A DNA stretch of 64,000 bases from Stegostoma tigrinum (Eukaryota): the NCBI RefSeq assembly GCF_030684315.1, contig NC_081374.1, positions 17,719,265-17,783,264 on the forward strand. The letters run 5' to 3'. The notes below the pieces were generated by a model that saw nothing but the letters and a program-made list of their open reading frames with translations, did no database searches and had not been told where the DNA came from. How positions within the stretch are numbered: position 1 is the stretch's first letter; each line of letters opens with the position of its first letter. This document shows, in pieces, positions 48,601 to 60,570 of this stretch. The position numbers were made by a program, and so were the translations under genes.

Positions 48601-51600
48601 CATAATTATGTTACACACAATTTGTAGTCTCTTTCAAATCAATAATAATCCTTTCAAAGCACCCCTCTGTATATTTGAAAGTAAACTATTTGGGCTTACT
48701 ACTGCAATTTTTCACTTTTTCTTCTACTCTTTTTAGTGTGTATTCCTCATTCATTCTTGGAGCAGTGTGTGTTTTAAAAATTATTTTTTTGTATGATAAC
48801 ATTATTAATCCAAACCACACTGAACTGAGAAGTACATTAACGTTGTTAAGGAAGACACACAATTCTGTAGTCTGTGCATTTAATGTATTCATTGTTAAGG
48901 TAATACTTCAGGTTGACTTAAGGGTTTGGAGAGGGTATAGGAAGAGTTTGTTACCTTAGTTAGCTGGAGGCTAGTTCGCAATGAAGAATGATCCCTATAG
49001 CCTGGGTTCATTTCCACATCAGCTGAGGTTAGCATGAAAGAGTCTCCTCCTTAACCTCGCCCAAGTCATGGTAACCTTCAGGTTTGTCTCTGAGACATCA
49101 GTCCTGTGGTCCATTAGGACCATTGTGACTTGTGTGAGTAATATATGATGACAGTTACGAAGATGCATTATTTAAATGAAGTTTGAAATGTCTGGCTGCT
49201 TACAGATCAGAGAGGCCACACAACTTGAAACAGTCAATTATGTAGTATGAAATTAATGAAATATAATTAGTCACTTTGATCTGTAGCCCTGGTATCATGA
49301 TCTTGAACAGGAAATTCAATGATGCTATTCCTCCAGTATATTAATGTCTGGGGTGTATGTATGACGATGAAATTTCATCAAATTCCTGCTGTTTGAAAAC
49401 TGTGTTCAGGTCAGCACCTGGTCAATTTTAGTTGCATCTGGTTAAATATTTGTTATAAAAGAAAAATACTGCAGATGCTGATAATCTGAGGGGGTGGGGG
49501 TGGGGGGGGTGGCGAAGGTAAAAAAAAAACTAGCAATGTTCATGGTTGAGCCCACTAACCACACTTGATAGAATATTAGTTCAATGAGCTTTAGTGGTAT
49601 TGCAGTTTTGGCAAATGTTTGCAGTAGATCCTTCAATCTAGGCAACATTTTATTCTGAAGTAAAGTTTTTATTTTGCATACTGGGTTTTGAAAGTTTGGC
49701 TAGCTGAACAGCTTCAAGAACCAGCTTTAAATATCTTGTTAAAGGTAGTGAACTTGTATTTCAGTTGGTGGCAAGGGAAGTTCCAAACGGAACTGAACCA
49801 AGGTTTTGGAATCTGTCTTGGATTACTTGTGCCCGAAACAGCAGTCAATTTTTTTTTACCTGTGTGCTATGAGAAAGCAACTTGCTCAGAAATGTGAATA
49901 ATTAAAAGGAAACCTTGTTTTAACTTGGAAGTCATTTTAATTTCAGCTTTTGTGTAATTTTATCTCAAGAGACCCATATTATATGTTTTTATAATACTGC
50001 ACTCTGATTTTATTTATTCATATCACTATTCAGTTAACAATGAGAGCGCTTCCAATTTTTGGTGTGCTCCTGTTTGTAAGTCCCAGTATTAAGGAGTTTC
50101 CCTCTTCCTGCCATTTCTGACCTTCTCTTTGTAACACCCACACCCTACTTTGTTGACATCATATTTGTACTGAAATACTGGCCACCCAGGCTCCTTTCCT
50201 AAATGGGTCCTCCTTTACAAAATTGCTACCTCACCCTCTTGCTTATAATTTTCACTCTTGATTCATCTCTCCTTGAAAGCTACCACCTTATCTCAAGTTT
50301 CCCTTTCTGCTCCCAAGTTGATTGAATGTTGTGGTCACTCCTGAAATCTCTGCCCATCAATCCTGCAAGTCCATGGTTTGAGTCCTTATTGTTGTGTTTT
50401 CAACTCCTGAAACAGATTGGAAGCAAAGTGTTGGAGGACAACATGACTACATTGATCCATACCTCTCATCTCTCCCCTGGACTTTGAAACATTCTCTGTC
50501 AATGCGATCTCTGTTTGCCATTTCAGTAGCACTTACCCCCACCCTGTCACACTTGGAGCATCTTCCTTACTATCTTCTCTTCCCATTCTGCATCGTTACT
50601 TTTGCAGTCTCCCAACAATCCGCTCTTGTCTTCCTTTGCTCCCTTATCTACATGCTGGGTCTCCTTCCCTGAGACCCTTGTGGATGTGCCTCTCCATGGG
50701 CTGCAGCTGTCCAAGAAGTTGGCTCGGTAACACCTCAAAGAATTTGTGTTAGGGCACAAAAGCTGACTTTGCTTGTCGTGCCCACATGGTACAATTGAAT
50801 TAAAAAAGAAACTTCATGGACTGTGAAGCTGCCACCAGCAAAGATACAGACTGGGAGCACATTGGCAGCCTCTTGTAGACTGGGACAGTTCACCCTATTT
50901 TCTATTGACTTAGAAAATATTGCCAGAATGTTTGATTTCACACCCAGTAAAAGCTGAGGAAGCAAGTCTCCAAGAAAAGATTAATAAACATCTTGTAAGC
51001 TTTAGTAAAAGGGAAGATCAGGCAAAATGAAGAATCATCTGCTGATTCACCATGAGTTTGATTTCACAGCTGCATCCTGTGGTATCCTCGACTTCTCCCC
51101 ACACCACCTTCTCATTTCTCTATCAATGGTTTGCTTCATTGTCATCACGTTCTGGGTCCTCTCCCTTTTGTTTGCTTGGATTTGCTCAAAACCACTTTCT
51201 AGATGGGCTGACGAGAACTGGCAATGAGATGCCAGCAAAATGTTGCCAGACCTGTGTTTTGGTGTCTACACTTCTGGTTTTTGTTAAGTTGTATTGGATG
51301 ACCTGGACTGATTTCTTACGTTCAGTCAGGGGCCTGGGGAATAGCTTTCTGCTTTTTGAGACCTAAGAGCACCATTGTTAACTTATCTGTTCATAGGCTT
51401 TAGGGAATGGAGTCTTATCCTATCAGCAGGAAGTGTAGAATAACAGGGTGTGAGTGTGATCCAATTGCCTACTAACAAAATCAATTATAAATGAGACCAG
51501 TTAATTCACACTAGCCATTGATGGTAAATGCACAACTTTTGAGGAACTGGAGTAGCCTTTTTTAAGAAAACACAGCATTTGGAACACAAGTTTCTATTTC

Positions 51601-54600
51601 CATTAGCACATCTCATTTTGAATTGAACAAGAGATAATCATGAGCTAACTATTCAAATTTCCAACAACTGATTTTCAGGCGTACTGATTTGAACAAACTG
51701 AGTTGTGTGTTTTTTTTTACAGTGATAGCACCCTCTGCTGCTCACAGATGGCATCATCATTCACAAGCAGAATGGTGTGGACTGAGATTATCCAAAGTCA
51801 AACTCCAAGAAAGAGAGTTGTTTAGAATGTGACATTCCAATAATTTGTGGAAAGCTTCTGGTGAAGAGCTCTTCATGGTGGTGGGAGATGGATTCACTTC
51901 AGATTTAGGGTGTTTGCAATTTGTGCATCCAGATCCACTCTTGCTGCAGACAGTCGTCCCAGAGCTGCAACACTTTAAACTACAGTAGCCCTCTGCCTGT
52001 CTAGTACAGTTTGATGTGGATCATGTACATGGTGGTGTCCAGTAACTGCCCCTTGTGGCTGGGTAGCGAGTGGAAGGAAGGTACAGCTTGCCAGAATGAA
52101 TTTCTGATTAGATGCAGCCTCCTGACTAAAACTGAGAGTGATGTTACAGAGTCAAAACTTGTGTAGGTAGCAGTCCTGGTGAATTGTGATGAGAACTTGT
52201 TCGCTGATTTTGTAAATTACTGATCAAATAAATTTCAAGTAGAAATAGATGCTGGTTCCAAGTTTGTTGAAAACTGAGACTGTTGCAGAGGATTAAAGTG
52301 ATCTTGAAACGAGCATGGTAATAAATGCACTGATCCTGTTTTAGGAATCACCTAAAGTCAATTCAGTTGCACCATATCATTGTGTGCTGCTGTGTGGTTT
52401 CGGGTTGATTCTCTGAAGTGAATCTGCTGGGAATTATACAGTGCAAAGTTATCATCATGCAGTTTTGTGTCTGGAGCCAATCTGCTGTGCCAGTGAGCTT
52501 CAATGATTTGCTTTCCCAAGTGCCAAGTCCTGTAAGCAGATAACTGGAGCAAAATAGATTCCTGGCTTTGATACTCCATGCAGCTTGGATATTATTGTTG
52601 TATGCAGACCACACATGCCACTGTGCTGTTTGACTCACTGTTTGTAGTAGTTGATGGATGGCAAAATGGCTTCTTTGTCCGTACCTCCCCAAGGCTCCGG
52701 ACTCTCTCCTGTTGGAAGTCTGCTGTCTGCTTGATTGATGCGGTCGGTAGCTCTTTGTCTACTTCACCCTGGCTGACTGAGCACGAGCAGATTGGGGAAG
52801 AAACCTACTTGTTTCGTGCCACTTGATTTACTATGTTGTGAGAGCCTTCTGCTATAAGGTATTGGTCAACCTCAGCTTGTTTTCTCTCAGTCAGAATGCT
52901 AAATCCTGGTATATGTAGCCCCACTTAGTGTTGCAGATTTCCCCCAACCCAGACGAGGCCACAAATCTTTGCATTCCAGTTTTGCTTTGCACAAATCTGC
53001 CACTCTGCATACCACCCTTCCACCATTTCGGGCTTTGCTGTCTGGCCTGCCCCTTTTGAGGTTATTAACAAACGTAGTGTTTAGTGACTGATTCAGATTC
53101 TACAGCCAATGTTGGGAGCCATGAGGAACTTGTGCCCCAAATCTCAGTCAATCATATGCTTCTTGTCCAGGATATATATACAAATACACTGGATGTCCGC
53201 TGTGCTGTACAGGCACCCATCTCTCGCTAAATAAGCCTATGCCGACCTTTCGTTGAACTGTTAGATTATTTTTTCTGATCAATAAAATGATTGCCAGTGA
53301 TGTATTTATGGATATTGGTGTTGAAATCCCTGCAGACAGACACCGTGCCTAAATCATTTATTTGCAAGCCAAGCTGGCCAGAATAAACAATATAAATGAA
53401 CTCCAAGGGGCTCTTTCAAAGAATCCATTTAGATGAAACTTGGTTATGGGTTCATCAAGCAAACTGGGATTTGGCCAAAGAACATTTTGGCAGCACTGAG
53501 TTTTCCGTGACTATGTTACTTACAAATGTTTAATGCATCAATGCTGCGAAAGAATGAGAGGTTTCTCAGTGTCTGAAAAAAATACAAATTTTGAGTGCCA
53601 TTAGGATTTTATTGACTTGTGATGGTGGGTGTGTGAATTATCACTTCATTTGTGAAGACATACAGTTAAAATTGCAGAATCTTTTCAATTTGAAAGTGTT
53701 TGTATTTATTGGAGTATGGGTGGTGGCAGCCCTTTTCGTGCTAACTTGTTGTTGATCAGCCTGCCTGTAATTTGAGGTACCAAATTTGTCAATCTTTTGA
53801 AGCTGAGAAAAATCCCTGTGAAAGTGAGGATTGCCTTGCACACCACACATCAAAGTTTGGTTGTGGGTGTTCTGCATTTTTAACATGCTGTTGCCATGTG
53901 AAGTCTGCTCTGCATGGTTGTCTTAAATGCCCATGAATCTTTGCAACACAGACTGGGCCATCTGATTGATCCCTTGCCCCAATTTATCAGGTATCAGTTA
54001 GTAAAACAGCCAGTTCTGGAGTTCTACATTATGTTGACTACGAAAGTGATTGGGGAATGTGGTGTCTGAAAAATAGCATTGACATATACACAATTATGTG
54101 ATCTTTTGGGGCTGAAGAATGTAGCTGTGTTTTATATTCCCAATCAACTTATACACTTTTTTCTTTTAATGGATGCCCATAAATCATGTTTTAATACATT
54201 AAAGCCCCAAGCGCTGGAATTCCCATCCTTAAGGTTTCCGCCTCTAGCTGTCTTTCCTTTAAGAAACTCCTTGAAATCTACCATTTTTTTGACAAATCTT
54301 TTGATTTCATGCCCTACTATGGCTCTCTGTCAATTTGCTTTTGCCTGATTTACACAAGTCTAAAGCTGCTGGGTGCGCTGTACAGTGTTCAAGACACTGC
54401 ATAAATGCAAGTTGATGCTATTGGAAAGTACTTAATGCAAGTGATGGGCCTCTTGCTGCCAGCTGTGTAGCCAGTGAAAACCCTGTGTGTTGCCTACTTT
54501 GGGAATGCCAGCCACATTGCCTGCCTCTGGGACCTTGTCAGGGCTCTCTCTTTTTTTTTCCTTTGGACTCTCTGCCTGGCAAGTCCCCTCGACTGTGTGA

Positions 54601-55010
54601 ATACCAGTGAGCAATTTGTTCCTTCATTGGCAGGAAAGTGCTCCATGAGTCTTTCTGTCCTTCTCGCTGCCCGCTCCGCCCTCCCCTTCACCAAATGCAC
54701 CACTAGGAGGGGCATAAACAATGGGCACATCTTTAAATGTTGGTGCCAATTTAACATTGGCTCCTGGGTGTCTCGTGATTTGACCACCTGGCATTTATTT
54801 TGCGGAAAGAGTTGTCTGCTGTGAAAAGAATTGCAAAGAACTGCCCCAGAGATGCTAATTGCCTGAATTTAAAATTTAGCATTGTTGTAAAGATGACAAC
54901 AGTGCTTCATACTGCCCATGAAAGTGAAAGTTTACCTGTGGAGCTTTAGTGCTAACATTGCTGGAAATCGAACTTTATTTCGGGTTTCCAGCTAACATAC
55001 TTTATCATTT

Positions 55011-56305
55011 GAACATAGAACAGTACAGCACAGAACAGGCCCTTCAGCCCACAATGTTGTGCTGACCATTGATCCTCATGTATGCACCCTCAAATTTCTG
55101 TGACCATATACATGTCCAGCAGTCTCTTAAATGACCCCAATGACCTTGCTTCCACAACTGCTGCTGGCAACGCATTCCATGCTCTCAACTCTCTGCGTAA
55201 AGAACCTGCCTCTGACATGCCCTCTATACTTTCCACCAACCAGCTTAAAACTATGACTCCTCGTGCTAGCCATTTCTGCCCTGGGAAATAGTCTCTGGCT
55301 TTCAACTCTATCTATGCCTCTCATTATCTTGTATACCTCAATTAGGTCCCCTCTCCTCCTCCTTTTCTCCAATGAAAAGAGACCGAGCTCAGTCAACCTC
55401 TCTTCATAAGATAAGCCCTCCAGTCCAGGCAGCATCCTGGTAAACCTCCTCTGAACCCTCTCCAAAGCATCCACATCTTTCCTATAATAGGGCGCCCAGA
55501 ACTGGACGCAGTATTCCAAGTGCGGTCTAACCAAAGTTTTATAGAGCTGCAACAAGATCTCACTACTCTTAAACTCAATGCCCCTGTTAATGAGAGCCAA
55601 GACACCATATGCTTTCTTAACAACCCTGTCCACTTGGGTAGCCATTTTAAGGGATCTATGTATCTGCACACCAAGATCCCTCTGTTCCTCCACACTGCCA
55701 AGAATCCTATCCTTAATCCTGTACTCAGCTTTCAAATTCGACCTTCCAAAATGCATCACCTCGCATTTATCCAGGTTGAACTCCATCTGCCACCTCTCAG
55801 CCCATCTCTGCATCCTGTCAATGTCCCGCTGCAGCCTACAACAGCCCTCTACACTGTCAACGACACCTCCGACTTTTGTCGTCTGCAAACTTGCTGACCC
55901 ATCCTTCAATCCCCTCATCCAAGTCATTAATAAAAATTACAAACAGTAGAGGCCCAAGGACAGACCCCTGTGGAACCCCACTCACCACTGACTTCCAGGC
56001 AGAATATTTTCCTTCTACTACCACTCGCTGTCTTCTGTTGGCCAGCCAATTCTGTATCCAAGCAGCTAAGTTCCCCTGTATCCTATTCCTCCTGACCTTC
56101 TGAATGAGCCTACCATGGGGAACCTTATCAAATGCCTTACTGAAGTCCATATACACCACATCCACAACTCGACCCTCATCAACATTTCTAGTCACATCCT
56201 CAAAAAACTCTAAGGTTTGTAAGGCATGACCTACCCCTCACAAAGCCATGTTGACTGTATTTGATCAAGCCATGCTCTTCCAGATGGTCATAAATCTTAT
56301 CCCTC
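55011..56305 (-). mobile_element. Young 5'-truncated CR1/HER1 LINE: RT domain to 3' end, frameshifted
   Basis: [47 protein letters not shown] (55857..56195) continues after a frameshift as [37 protein letters not shown] (55127..55927); gaacatagaaca tail. Confidence 0.93.
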
Positions 56306-58309
56306 CCTTTGGCCGCTCCAATTACTGTTCTATAGTGTATTCAGCGTGCTTTGCTGAAGTTTGCTTCTGTACACCTGAAGTATCTAAATGTAGGTTTACT
56401 GTTATTTAGCAGTATCTAGTGAAGCATCTTTCATAGCAGAGTTCAATGCGAGTGCTGTATTTTTAAAAATACCTGTCTGATGGAGCTGGCCGGTCTACCT
56501 TATTCAAAATATCTATTCAAAAGATTAACAGTTTGCATTTGTATGTGCCGTATCACACAGAACACTGTCTTGAAGTACTTCACAGAAGTACAGAAATGGG
56601 TTTCAAGAAGGAGATTTAAAAAGGGTAACCAGAAACTTTGTAAAATTATACTATATTTTGAAAGGAGTTTAGGAGGATAGAGAAACAGAGGTAGAAGTGC
56701 TTTTGGAGGAAATTCTATCATGTAGGGTTAAGGCTGTACAAAAGGACAAAGTTGGGTATGTGCAGAGTTCTGGGGCTGTAAGAGATGTAGGGCTGGAGGA
56801 GGATATGGAGTGAATGAGCTATGAGGCTTTTGAAGCATTTTAAGCAAGTGCTGAAAATTTGAAATTGGGAAGCCCTGTGTGGGGACACAGGGCAGGTTGT
56901 GATGGTGGAACTTTGATTTTGCTGAAGTACATTGAAATGTTGAAGTCTCGTATTGCGAACAGTATTGTTACAGAAGTGGAAGTATCTGAGCTTTATGACA
57001 GAGGATATGGACTCAGAATTTTGACTAGAAGTTGCAAATATGCCATGGAATGTTAATACTCTTGTTCAAACTGAGGTAATTGGCTGGGATTCAGCGGTTG
57101 GGAGGATGGAATAAATGGCAAGGGTATGGAGTTTGTGATTGGGGGGGGGCAAAGCTACAATTCTGTCTTCCCACGATTTGATTGATAGTTTGTGGCTCAT
57201 CTAGATGTTCTGGCTACAACTTGTAGACTTAAATGACTGTGTGATATTGTTTACATCTTGTTTTCAACTACATCTCTATCATTCTCACTTGTGATTTTCC
57301 TTTACTATTGTAAACCAAGTAGGTCCTTAAACCTAACCTAGTAAAGAAGATGATGGCAGCAAACTACTTCCACCACAAGCTGGTATCAGTTGGTCTTGTG
57401 CCTCACCCCAGCCGTAAACAGGCACCTTTCAAATAAAGAGTATTTCCACCACCTCTCAACTCCTGTTTGTTTTTTTTCATGTTTTAGTTTTCTTCCCTAA
57501 ATTGCCTTGGGCTATTTTCTTCATTAATGGCTTGGTGTATGTACAAAGATAAGTTGGTGGTCGGGTTGATTTAAAAAACAAAGTAGGCTTTCGCCTTGTC
57601 TGGAGCCCTACGTTTTTTTCTCCAACTGGGGAAGGAGCGAGGGAAGAAACTGCTGAAGGGAAAAATTGCCTTCTGTCATTGGCATCCATCAAAATAATTG
57701 TCTGGTTTCTCAAAATAACAAGTGCACTTCATCCCTTGCCTGGTTCTCATTGCTTTCTGACTTCTCCATCACTGACTGTCATCCTTAATCTCCCTCTCTA
57801 GTCCAACTCCTTATCTTCATTCATTCGTGATTCTGCATTGAGGGTTGCCTTTTCTTTTAGTGCTTTGCTGTCACTGAGTGTATTACTTGCTGGATAATGA
57901 TGAAAACTTTTTAAAAAAATGCTTACCACCTTTTACCAGTGGGCGAGTGTTGGTATCTTCTCTTTCCCATCCAATCAGCTGCAGCGTGGTGTTACAACCG
58001 TGCTGTTCAGTGACTACAGTATAAGGTACAGATAGGAGAACTGATGTGAGCAGCAATGGGATGTGGCGCAGGCTGATTTTGAGTCATTTAATAAGATAAC
58101 AGCCCCTAGAAATTACATGTGCATTGTTGGAATCCTAAGGCCAAGATTTTGTGACTGTAATGGTGAAACTGTGAACACTTACCATTCGTCCTTTGTAAAA
58201 CAGACAGCATCCTCTGAAGTCTGCGTGTGTGGTTCACTTGTCAAGTCCTTGCAGGTAGAAATTACATGATGTAACGCAGAACAAAGAATTAAAGAATTGT
58301 GCTTGCTGG

Positions 58310-58672
58310 AAACAAAAAAACAAAAAATGTTGGAGAAACTCATCAGATCTATCAGCACCTGTGGAGACAAATCAGAGTTAATGTTTCGGGTCCAGTGACC
58401 CTTCAGAACGTAATCAGATGAACAAGTTGATAATTAACAGGAACAAAAGCAGAAGTTGCTGGAAAAGTTGAGCAGGCCTGGCAGCATCTGTAAAGGAAAA
58501 TAAATCAGTTAATATTTTGGGTCTAGTGACCCTTCCTCAGAACCAAACCAGAAACGTTAACGCTGATATTTTTTGTCCCCAACAGATGCTGCTAGATCGG
58601 CTGAGCTTTTCCAGTAACTTCTGTTTTTTTTTCCCTGATTTACAGCAATTGCAGTTGTTTTAGTTTTTATTT
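58310..58672. mobile_element. Solo pLTR (58310-58408) next to a mini fold-back pLTR element (58440-58672)
   Basis: cagaagttgctggaaaagttgagcaggcctggcagcatctg is inverted against cagatgctgctagatcggctgagcttttccagtaacttctg; right-only tail ctgatttacagcaattgcagttg... Confidence 0.7.
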
Positions 58673-58727
58673 GGTAATTTAAAGGCTTGCATTTAAATCA
58701 TTGCTTCTTCAGAACACTATTGTTTCT

Positions 58728-59125
58728 GATAGGAACATTGAAGCTAGGAGTAGGAGCATGCCATTCAACCCCTTAAGCCTGCTCTGCAATTCAATATGAT
58801 CATTGATTATAGAGCTGAATATCACAAATCTGCCCCCCCCCCCCCCATTTTCCTTATCACAAAAGCTGTCTCTACTTCCTCCTTGAAAACACAATGTTTT
58901 GGCCTCAACCACTTTCTGAGGCAGTGAATTCCACAGGCTCACCACTCTGGCTGAAGAAATTTCTTCTCTTCCTCAGTTCTAACAGGTTTATCCTTCAACT
59001 ATCACCTCTGGCTCTGATCTCCACCACTATCGGGAACATCCTTCCTGCATCTGTTTAGTTCTATTAGAATTTTGTAGGTTTCTATGAGATTGCTGACTCA
59101 CTTCTAAACTCCTGCTGAGTACAAT
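58728..59125 (-). mobile_element. CR1-like 3' fragment
   Basis: ORF 58709..58945 VSLWNSLPQKVVEAKTL; tail taggaacattgaagctaggagtagg. Confidence 0.7.
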
Positions 59126-60437
59126 CCCTACTTGACACATGCTTTCACCTTTTTTGAAATATTTGTCCCACTGTGCAAATGATTAAAGTTGTGGGACATC
59201 GAATGAGGTGTAATTGGAATTTTAATAGTTTGATTGCAGACCAAGCTTGCTGGCCCTGAATGAGCTAATTTTATGTCGATAGGGTGTCACATTTCTCTCA
59301 CCATGTATATTATAGGTTTTTAAACATCAAAAATGTTATTTTGGTTTCTTTGTAAAGTTTTTGATATTTGAGCTTCCATGTGCACACCGAATTATTTTGC
59401 TGTCTGTAAAAATTATTACAAAATATAGGGATTGAATCAGTGCACTTTAATTCCTGGTTTGGTGTCTGTAAGAATTCCTTGGCCTGACTGCTTAATGTAT
59501 AAACAGTTGCTGGATGCCAGAGATCCCACAGAGCTGGCACTGGGATCAAATTAACCTGGGAGGGGAAAATACACCCCACAGAGATTGTTACATTTTTGTG
59601 GGCAGTGGTGGTGAGTCCTGTTTCTTCAGGCCAATGTTAATGAGCCAAGTTTTAACTAGTTTCGTAGTTTTGACTTTTCTTTTGTCACTCCTCAGGCTCC
59701 AAACATGAGAAACAATGCTTTAAAATGCTACTAACTAACGTAGCTTTGGAAGAAATGATCAGAAGATAATGTACGATGAGGTTTTCAGCAGTAGATGGGG
59801 GGAGATGAATGGAGGTGTATAAAGTAGAAGTATGCAGTCTTTGCAATGGAAGTGATATGAGTTCTGCAGCCTAGCTTGGGATAAAATGAAAGGTTGCTAA
59901 TAGTCTCATTCCATTTCAGGCAAGAAGGAGCCATTAGCAAGGATGAGGTATTAGCGGCAGGAGCCCCAGACAATTAATTACAATTTGCCAATGTTTAGTG
60001 GAAGGAAATTTCTAAGGCTGCATAATGGTCAAGCAATATGACAGCACAGAAAGGTCATGTGCATTACAAAAAAATTGAGTTAAATGTCACCAGTATTTAT
60101 ATGGAACTCAAATCCATGTTTATGGCTGTAACTTGCCGTAAAAATATGGAACTCCGTTAACATCCATTCATAATTCAGGAAAAATAAAATCAGTCATGAC
60201 TGGAAAGAAAGAATTTGCTTTGTTTATGCAGTGCCTCATCACATTTCTCAGAAATATGGCTTCACATACATTTGAGTTGGAGACACGGTATTCTGCCTGC
60301 AATGTTCATTTCAAGTCTTCAGATAAATGTTTTGCAGTTTAGGATTGCTGTTCGGTTAATTTGCACTTTCGGTTGAAGGCTGTTATTGGATTAAGTTCTA
60401 CGAATCCATTTGATGCAATATGCACACTTTTTTAAAG

Positions 60438-60570
60438 GTCCTGTCAACTTCGTGTCTCATTAAAACTGTGGAACTGGAAAAGACAGTGATTTTGAGGTTC
60501 AATGGAGAAAGTGTAAAGAAAGCTAGTGCAGTAATCATCCGTATTTTGCCCTCTGAACCCTGGATACTAT
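60438..60570 (+). other. Candidate internal exon of an unidentified host transcript
   Basis: Acceptor cacttttttaaAG| and donor |GTAAGT; 133 bp; one frame open (VLSTSCLIKTVELEK...SEPWIL). Not recognised as a known protein. Confidence 0.3.

Noticed and set aside
52030-52830. RTE-like LINE remnant (also 16890-17290)
   Set aside because: Only faint motif resemblance; cannot be supported without alignment.
56480-57250. L2-like remnants (also 14240-14580, 50090-50680, 54190-54420, 59780-60140)
   Set aside because: Probably old LINE debris, but boundaries and family cannot be fixed by eye.
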